This document shows, piece after piece, positions 57,514-64,000 of a stretch of 64,000 bases of DNA. This stretch comes from Thermoproteota archaeon. GTDB taxonomy: Archaea > Asgardarchaeota > Jordiarchaeia > Jordiarchaeales > Freyrarchaeaceae. Below the pieces are notes generated by a model, which searched no databases, was not told where the DNA came from, and saw only the letters and a program-made list of their open reading frames with translations. The position numbers and the translations under genes were made by a program. How positions within the stretch are numbered: the first letter of the stretch is position 1; each line of letters begins with the position of its first letter. Location of the stretch: NCBI GenBank assembly GCA_029258835.1, contig JAPDJY010000030.1, positions 32,001 through 96,000 on the forward strand, written 5' to 3'.

Positions 57514-58515
57514 TCACCACTTAACTATTAAGAAATCCTCTCGTCTCCCCCCCACAACAAGCCTAAACCACTCTTCACCCTCAGACTTCACCCTTTCAAC
57601 CTTCCCCCTTGCCATAACTTTTTCCCCCTCCCTTGCTTGGTCGCTGAAGCGCCCCCTGAAAGAGACAACCTCCCTTACAGGAAACCTCGCTCCCTCCAGA
57701 ACCTTCACGTCATCCAAAATGTAACTGCAAGGCGTGAAAATTGCATCTGAGGCATCCGCCACCACCCCTTCAACTAGAGCATAGCCTACATGCCTGTACA
57801 ATCTCTCCCCGTAAACTTCACCGTACTCGTCAGGGTACTTCACAAAGCGAAGAAAGAAGTCGCAGCTTTTAACCACCCCTGACATATACTTCCTCCTCTC
57901 ACACCTGGCAAAGTCCTCGTACCCTATCAAAGTATCCTTAGACCTGAACTCGTAGAGCCTTCTCAATTCCTCCTCACCATAAACTCGTATGTCTCCTTCA
58001 CTGCAAACCAGGTTCTTCATCGCCTCGTAGGCCCTCCAACAGTTTCTCTTTCCAAAGACGACGATGTCCACGTCTGAACTCGGCCTCTCCATGCTTACAA
58101 GTAGAGATCCCGAGACTCCAATGCTGCCTATAGGAACCCCCGCCTCCTCCGCTATCCTCGTGGACAAGAAGGCTGCCGCCTCCTCCAGCCTGCTCCTCTC
58201 CCCTCTTACGAGAAGCCGTGAAAGCCTTTCACGTGGATCGTAGACCTTAGCTATGTCGCCCTTCGGGACACCCTCAACCTCCATTCCGAAGACGTGGTCA
58301 AAGTACAGGTAGTCCGGCTTCCTATTCCTAAGTATTCTTTCCCTTTCCTCGAGAGAATACACCTTGCGGAACCTCACCCCCCCTCTCTCACGTTCACCCC
58401 TAGGATCCGGAAAATACCGCAGGTACGCTATAACCCTGTCTGGAGGGTGAACAACCCCCTTCACGTCAAATATGAATCCTTCAATGGTCTCTAGGAAGAA
58501 TCCCTCTATTATCAA
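57514..58515 (-). CDS. Pol-beta-superfamily nucleotidyltransferase (COG1665-like), paralogue 1
   Basis: FDVKG..HPP.RV.AYLRY, GVSGS...SDVDI.VFG, FTP..Y, GE....GK.E. Confidence 0.85.
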   Translation of the reverse strand: MIIEGFFLETIEGFIFDVKGVVHPPDRVIAYLRYFPDPRGERERGGVRFRKVYSLEERERILRNRKPDYLYFDHVFGMEVEGVPKGDIAKVYDPRERLSRLLVRGERSRLEEAAAFLSTRIAEEAGVPIGSIGVSGSLLVSMERPSSDVDIVVFGKRNCWRAYEAMKNLVCSEGDIRVYGEEELRRLYEFRSKDTLIGYEDFARCERRKYMSGVVKSCDFFLRFVKYPDEYGEVYGERLYRHVGYALVEGVVADASDAIFTPCSYILDDVKVLEGARFPVREVVSFRGRFSDQAREGEKVMARGKVERVKSEGEEWFRLVVGGRREDFLIVKW

Positions 58516-59463
58516 CTAATCACCGCTGGATGCAAGCTCTCTCTTCAACTCCTTCACGGTAGCTTTCCTATATGCCACCGTGTTGTAGGAGTGAACTGAC
58601 TCCATGCTTTCCACCCTGACCTCCACTATGGATTCGTCTGGAAGCCACTTCAGCCTTCGCAGAGTATTAAAAATTATCAGTCGTGCAACATCCTCGACAA
58701 AAAGGGGGTTTAAATGTGCTAGGCGGATAAGTCGCGCCTCCTCATGCCTCTTAAGAACATCCTGTATACTTCCACTCATCGAACTTTCTACAACCTCAAC
58801 CAGATCCGTTAAGTCTATGCCTCCATTCCCAACCTCGACTATTAAGGTGCCCCGGCAGCGCTGACTATGAGAGGCAAGTGGAACCACGTCAAGTATTTTA
58901 CCTATGACCTCCTTGCTAAGTGAAAGCTCTTCAGCTCTCTTGGCGAGTATTGCCTCAGCGTAGCTTCTCACCATTTCCTGAGCGCATGGGCAAGCCGTCA
59001 TGCCATCCACGCTAACACCTACGAAAACTCTAGCTTCAATTTCTTCGCCCCTCTTGGCTTCGCCTCTAACGTGTAGCCTACACGCCTTCTGTCTTTTAAC
59101 CTCCTCTTCCCCCGCTCTAACATCCAATATCAGCGGACTTTCAAATACGACGACAGCTCTATCAGAGTATTCATGTTTTTCAAGAAGACGCTCCAGCAGC
59201 TTTCTGCAGAGCTCCTCGACGCCCTCAACAGGCTTATACGCTACGTCCTCTACAATGCTCTCTATCGTTTCGCTGCTCCTTGACATGTGCACCCCCCTCT
59301 GCTCCCTAGGCAAGTTTATGTACGCGGAAAACTCGGGTATGAGCGTCGTCTCTTTTCCATCCCTAACTACTTTAACCTTCTTGACGAGTCCTGAAACTCC
59401 GACCATGTCAAGTGCTACAGGTATCTGGGCGCGCTCGCCTTGAACGTCTGGGAGGTCACTCAT
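58516..59463 (-). CDS. mptA: GTP cyclohydrolase IV (MptA/FolE2 family)
   Basis: LPDVQ, RGVHMSR, MTACPCAQ, HSQR, LKR..E, FVED..R, ESVH. Confidence 0.95.
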   Translation of the reverse strand: MSDLPDVQGERAQIPVALDMVGVSGLVKKVKVVRDGKETTLIPEFSAYINLPREQRGVHMSRSSETIESIVEDVAYKPVEGVEELCRKLLERLLEKHEYSDRAVVVFESPLILDVRAGEEEVKRQKACRLHVRGEAKRGEEIEARVFVGVSVDGMTACPCAQEMVRSYAEAILAKRAEELSLSKEVIGKILDVVPLASHSQRCRGTLIVEVGNGGIDLTDLVEVVESSMSGSIQDVLKRHEEARLIRLAHLNPLFVEDVARLIIFNTLRRLKWLPDESIVEVRVESMESVHSYNTVAYRKATVKELKRELASSGD

Positions 59464-61006
59464 AGTCACCACCAAACACGTCTGCATCCTGAACATAGCT
59501 TTTACCTAGCTTAAGGCAGCATTCAGCTTTCCCAAGCTCCCTGCCAAGGTAAACGGCATGTTCAAGGGACCCAACTAACCCCTCTGAGAGAATAGTTTTC
59601 CCTAAGTGTTCAGCGTTTTCCCCGACGAAAAGCCTTTCGCCCCCGCCCCCCCTATGCAGAACGAAAATTCTACCAGTGTCATGGTTAACCCATATGGTGA
59701 AGTAGCCTAATGGGTCGGGCGTGTACTCCTTTCTTTCTCTCTCAAACACGGCTTCGACTCCCTCGACGTTTGGCGCCTCGAAGAACTCCCTCTTACTCTT
59801 CGCCCTAAGCAAACTTACCCCTAAATCCTTTGGAGGAGAGGAAAGGGCCTTGGCTATCGCAGCCATCCTCCTCGCGGTAGCAACCTCCCTCACGCTCCCC
59901 CTGGTCTTAACGCTGTTCTCCGTTGTAAGAATTAATGGAGCACCAACCTCCTGGGCAATGATCGCCAACATTGCGTTAATGCCAACGCTGTCAGCGTCTA
60001 CAAACTCGGATACGTTCCCGGCTCCAAACATGAGAGGGGTCTCCCTGTCCAAGTCTCTGAAGATGAGGTAAGACCTGAGAGATCTCGTGAACCCGGGATT
60101 TATCGGCGGCTCGAGCAGTAGGTCAGCTATGATCCTCCTAAACCCCTTCCTCCTAGCTTTCTCAACGATCCTAAACGCTTTCTCCGCTCTTCCCTCAGGG
60201 TCTCCAGGCAAGTCTCCCGTCCTAACGTTGGTTGGTAGGAGAACTACAGCCACGTCCATGGGGATTTTCACCTCGTCTATGTTCCCGTAGTCCAAGCTGA
60301 GAACCATGTCCGCTCCGGCCTCCACAGCGGCCTCGATCTCCGACGGGTTTAAGCTGTCAACGCTGACAGGAACCTTAAACCTTTCGCGGATCTCGTAAAC
60401 TAGCTCAGCTATTCTTTGAGCGTTGTCTTCTCCCACCACCGCTCCAATATCGATCATGTCCGCACCCGATTTCAAATAGTATTCCGCTCTGGACAGAACC
60501 CTGTCCGTAGGCAACGTCGGAGCATCCACCACCTCAGCCAGAATCCTCACTACGCCGTCCAGTCCAACGTAAACTCCTTTCACACCATCCCTACCAACGG
60601 TAAAGCCAACCCTTGCTTCCTTCCCCTCCTCATATCCCTCAATCTCCCTCCACAGCATAGCCCTCTCCCTTGCAACAATCACGTCAAGCGGCTCCTCCTT
60701 AGATAACTCCTCCAGTTTTTCAAAGACTAATGGAATGTCACATGCATACCTTGAACCCTTGAAGACAGGCACTCCCAAGGCCTTCTCTATAGGCTTGGTG
60801 CTTCCTCTCATCAATCCTGGCACGATTATCATGTCATACTTCTTTCTCGCGACAGCTCCTCTGAGCTCCTCAACTACCATTTGCGGCGTGATGAGGGCTG
60901 CAACGGAGACAGGGAGGCATGCCACGTCAACTTCAGCCTCCACATCGCCAGCGTACTTTCTGACTAATGGCTCGGCAAGCCTCCCTGTAACCAGCAGAAC
61001 CCTCAA
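59456..61006 (-). CDS. Dihydropteroate-synthase-like protein (MJ0107/Orf20 family, DUF4346-type C-terminus)
   Basis: LLVTG.LA, AEVVDA, GAD.IDIG, SVDS, G.GNV.E..DADS.G.NA, DP.GYF, HA.YLG.EL.KA; TTG start overlapping the dmrX stop. Confidence 0.9.
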   Translation of the reverse strand: MRVLLVTGRLAEPLVRKYAGDVEAEVDVACLPVSVAALITPQMVVEELRGAVARKKYDMIIVPGLMRGSTKPIEKALGVPVFKGSRYACDIPLVFEKLEELSKEEPLDVIVARERAMLWREIEGYEEGKEARVGFTVGRDGVKGVYVGLDGVVRILAEVVDAPTLPTDRVLSRAEYYLKSGADMIDIGAVVGEDNAQRIAELVYEIRERFKVPVSVDSLNPSEIEAAVEAGADMVLSLDYGNIDEVKIPMDVAVVLLPTNVRTGDLPGDPEGRAEKAFRIVEKARRKGFRRIIADLLLEPPINPGFTRSLRSYLIFRDLDRETPLMFGAGNVSEFVDADSVGINAMLAIIAQEVGAPLILTTENSVKTRGSVREVATARRMAAIAKALSSPPKDLGVSLLRAKSKREFFEAPNVEGVEAVFERERKEYTPDPLGYFTIWVNHDTGRIFVLHRGGGGERLFVGENAEHLGKTILSEGLVGSLEHAVYLGRELGKAECCLKLGKSYVQDADVFGGDYE

Positions 61007-61734
61007 ATGCTGAGAACCTCCTTCATGCAAGGTATTATTTCCTCAGGCCTTTTTAAAACACGGACTCCTTCAAAACCCGTAAGCCTCCTCACGTTTTCAG
61101 CGTCCACCCTCCTCACAATAGCCTTAACCTTCCTCCCGAACGTTACCGCTCCATAAGGACACTCTCCCACGCAAACCTTACACCCATTACACCTGAGAAG
61201 GTTCACCGAAGGTTTCCCGTCAACTCTCACAATCGCGTTCTCAGGACATCTCTCCTCCGGGGGGCAAGGCGTGCATCCCAAGCACATTTCCCTATCAACA
61301 ACTATGGGTAGCGTAGTCACGACTTCCCCCTCACTATAATCCGTTGGAACAATTAGGACTGGAACCCTGCTTTTCACCGCCTGGGCAAAGGCAGCAGTTA
61401 CCAGCGTGTCACATATTCCAAGGGCCATCTTTGCCACCGTATTTGAGGAAGCGGGTGATATGATGAAAACGCTATATCTGCCTGACGCGAACCTTCCAGC
61501 CTTAGGGAAGCTAAATCCCTCCTCCCTCTCGAGAAATATTTCTTGGTAGTATCCTCCAGGGGCAACCTTCCTCAGCCTTCTGAAGACACCATACATTTTA
61601 GCTACCTCCTCCCCAGCTCTTGAAAGGTACACCGTGACGGCTACGTCTAACTCCTTTTTCATCCTCAAGAAAACCTCTAGAGTCTCCTCCATGAAGTGTC
61701 CTGCACCGGTTATCCCCCATGCAACATTAAACAC
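61003..61734 (-). CDS. dmrX: Dihydromethanopterin reductase (AfpA-type flavoprotein with two 4Fe-4S motifs)
   Basis: AWGITGAG, SPA..NTVAK...GI.DTL, C..C..C.....CP and C..C..C...CP. Confidence 0.9.
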   Translation of the reverse strand: MFNVAWGITGAGHFMEETLEVFLRMKKELDVAVTVYLSRAGEEVAKMYGVFRRLRKVAPGGYYQEIFLEREEGFSFPKAGRFASGRYSVFIISPASSNTVAKMALGICDTLVTAAFAQAVKSRVPVLIVPTDYSEGEVVTTLPIVVDREMCLGCTPCPPEERCPENAIVRVDGKPSVNLLRCNGCKVCVGECPYGAVTFGRKVKAIVRRVDAENVRRLTGFEGVRVLKRPEEIIPCMKEVLSI

Positions 61735-62830
61735 CGAGATTCCTCCTCAATTCCCTGATTCTCTCAAAGAAAATGTAGTCGAGAACCGTCCCCTTGGCCT
61801 CCTTTATCCTAAGGCTTTCCACAAGTGCCTCGCAGCTTCCACCAGCCAGCCCGTTTGCTATGAGGGCGGCTCCTTGGGCTGCCTCCTTAGCTATCCTTGT
61901 GAACCCCTTCACCCTACGGGTTTGAGCGAAGAACGAAAGTCTCCTCTCTAGCTCTTTCCATATGCTTTCAACCCGTGCCAATCTGCCTGAAAGAAGAATG
62001 CAGTCTACACCGTCTAAAGAAACCATCACCGATGCTACATCTTTAACAGTTCCTTCCATGAGAGCGTCCCATGCGATCCTAAACCTCTCATCCCGACCAG
62101 TCATAAGAGAAAATTCGCTGGGGGTTATATCCTCATACCCTGCAATGTAGGTTGCCCCACCAGTGTATATGAGCCTCTTATCGAACTCACCGAGCAAGTA
62201 TGCCACCTCAGCATCTAATCCTCCACAAGCCATGAATCCAATGCATCCCTCAGCCCCTCCTATAGCGTCCACTATTTCTCCCTTCTGAACTCCTAGAACA
62301 GCCGTGAATCCGCCCCCCATCTCCACTAGTATGAACGACACGTCACCGTACCCTACGTTTCTTTCCCGTGCGGTCTCCCAGAGGGCCAACGCCACACTAC
62401 ATAGCTTATCAGCGGTTCCCATGTCAACCTTGTTAACTTTCCTATGGGGTGGTATGGATGGAAGATGCTTAACACCCGGGATGACGTAACCTTCAACCCC
62501 CTCCTCCCTCAGCAGGGTAACCACCTGCTCGAGCCCTATTACTTGAGCCTCCTTTTCCCTTTTTAACGTTAAAAGGAAAAGCTGGCTTTCATCCAGCTCG
62601 TCAAGCCTCACTAAGGGTAGCCCATACCCGCTTGGAGCCACAACCAAGTCAAGGTCGCCCATAGACTTAACAATGTTAACTATCCGTGACGGCTTCTCAA
62701 CAACTTCTCTCGTAGGTATGGAAGTATCTAAGACAACCTTTTCGTCATCTAATCCTACAATGTCCCATGAACCAGTTCCCGGATCTATACCGCAGACTCT
62801 AACCAAAGAGGCCCCTCCAAGAGGGTTCAC
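61727..62830 (-). CDS. DUF1464 family ASKHA-fold (butyrate-kinase-like) protein
   Basis: GIDPGT, PSGYG, HRK.NK.DMGTADK, E.G..FTA, K.AAQGAA..A.G..GG. Confidence 0.85.
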   Translation of the reverse strand: MNPLGGASLVRVCGIDPGTGSWDIVGLDDEKVVLDTSIPTREVVEKPSRIVNIVKSMGDLDLVVAPSGYGLPLVRLDELDESQLFLLTLKREKEAQVIGLEQVVTLLREEGVEGYVIPGVKHLPSIPPHRKVNKVDMGTADKLCSVALALWETARERNVGYGDVSFILVEMGGGFTAVLGVQKGEIVDAIGGAEGCIGFMACGGLDAEVAYLLGEFDKRLIYTGGATYIAGYEDITPSEFSLMTGRDERFRIAWDALMEGTVKDVASVMVSLDGVDCILLSGRLARVESIWKELERRLSFFAQTRRVKGFTRIAKEAAQGAALIANGLAGGSCEALVESLRIKEAKGTVLDYIFFERIRELRRNLGV

Positions 62831-62838
62831 GAACTCCT

Positions 62839-63834
62839 CTAACTTTCAAGGGATACAATGGACTCCTTGAGAACCTGAGCACCTGAATTATTAACCTTAG
62901 CGATAAACGCCTCTCCCCTACCCGAAAGGAACGCCTCAACATTTGATAGGAGCGAAGAAGCACTCCTCCACCCATCGATAACCCCGAATACCGCCGGGCC
63001 GAATGAGCTCATACCAGCTCCAGCAGCCCCGCACTTCAACATTAAATCCATCAACTCTTTAACGTCCGGCGGCTGAAGCGAAACCTCGATCCTCTTGAAT
63101 CCGACATTCTGGATTTCCGTTAATCCCTCTCCAAAGGACGATATGTCACCCTCCACCACAGCTGGGATGATCTTCATGAGAATAATGTGGCATAACCTCT
63201 CAACTTCCCTTCTAGGAATAGGACAGTATTCCTCGAAAATGCGCACCTCCCCCGGACCGTGGGCTCCTCTCCCAATATCCGGTATGCCAACAACAAAAAA
63301 CCAGTTACTTGGAAGCTCATGTCTGAAAAGCAATGGTGCAGGCGGGGCAGGAGATGCTGAAGATGGCAGGAAATGCTCTTTGTCCTTTCCCACTCCGAAG
63401 CTATGTCCCCCATCAAGTATAAATCCTCCAACCTCGAAGGCCGCCACCCCAATCCCTGAGGTCCCTCCCCGCCTAGTTATCCTCGCAAGTCTTCTTGTGT
63501 CAATGTCCACCCCAAGAACAGATGAAGCAGCCGTAGCCACCGCCAGCGAAAGCTGTGTTTTAGAACCTAAACCCACATGTTCGGGAATTGTTTCTAGCAC
63601 CTCTAACTTAACGCCTGCTCCTCCTATCTCACCAATAACCTTCCTTAGTATTTCCTCGGCGACACTCCTCATTTTTCCACGTACTTCTATCGTATCTGAA
63701 AGTGTAGCTTTCACGATCACATTAGGCCTATCCAATGCTACCCCTATTCCTCCATCTACCCTGCCAATTTCCCCGTTTAAGTCTATTAGCGTGAAATGGA
63801 GTCGGGACGGTGTCTTAACCGATACTGTATACAT
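62839..63834 (-). CDS. mptG: beta-RFAP synthase (4-(beta-D-ribofuranosyl)aminobenzene-5'-phosphate synthase)
   Basis: TPSRLH..LID, H.GLGS.TQ, RGGTSGIG, GGF..DGGH, SSFGP. Confidence 0.95.
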   Translation of the reverse strand: MYTVSVKTPSRLHFTLIDLNGEIGRVDGGIGVALDRPNVIVKATLSDTIEVRGKMRSVAEEILRKVIGEIGGAGVKLEVLETIPEHVGLGSKTQLSLAVATAASSVLGVDIDTRRLARITRRGGTSGIGVAAFEVGGFILDGGHSFGVGKDKEHFLPSSASPAPPAPLLFRHELPSNWFFVVGIPDIGRGAHGPGEVRIFEEYCPIPRREVERLCHIILMKIIPAVVEGDISSFGEGLTEIQNVGFKRIEVSLQPPDVKELMDLMLKCGAAGAGMSSFGPAVFGVIDGWRSASSLLSNVEAFLSGRGEAFIAKVNNSGAQVLKESIVSLES

Positions 63835-64000
63835 TTCCTCACCTTCAAGTGTAATAAATTACACCACACTGTTAAAAATTACATATTAATAGTCCAGATC
63901 AAAGAGAAACTTCAACCTATATAAAGCTTCCCTTAAAGAAGAGCGAACCAGATCAAAACGAGAAGCACCACTACACCCAAGAAAACAAAAGTATCAGTAG

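Overview
Archaeal chromosomal window, inferred to come from a thermophilic Asgard archaeon (Jord-/Freyr-/Baldrarchaeia-like). The inference rests on stand-alone and tandem Roadblock, longin and V4R proteins, a eukaryote-like AsnRS, Alba and Topo VI. Most of the window is cofactor and housekeeping metabolism: CoA (ketopantoate reductase, PPS, PoK, CoaBC), PLP (pdxST), F420 (cofGH), lipid genes (GGGPS, ino1), purB, pyrF and acyl-CoA/thiolase genes. A tightly coupled methanopterin operon lies at the right end (mptG, DUF1464, dmrX, DHPS-like, mptA, two Pol-beta nucleotidyltransferases), with a CitG homologue nearby. Top hypothesis: CitG plus the CitX/MdcG-like nucleotidyltransferases build the methanopterin ribosyl-phosphodiester tail, whose enzymes I do not know to be assigned. 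Also notable: a 32-bp inverted copy of the tRNA-iMet 3' end flanked by arm-like inverted repeats, at a sharp AC-to-GT skew switch; a tRNA-Ile with two non-canonical BHB introns; a cloverleaf RNA after asnS; and an acyl-CoA dehydrogenase-winged-helix fusion. No CRISPR array, rRNA, integrase or transposase was seen. All family calls come from motif recognition by eye; no searches were run.
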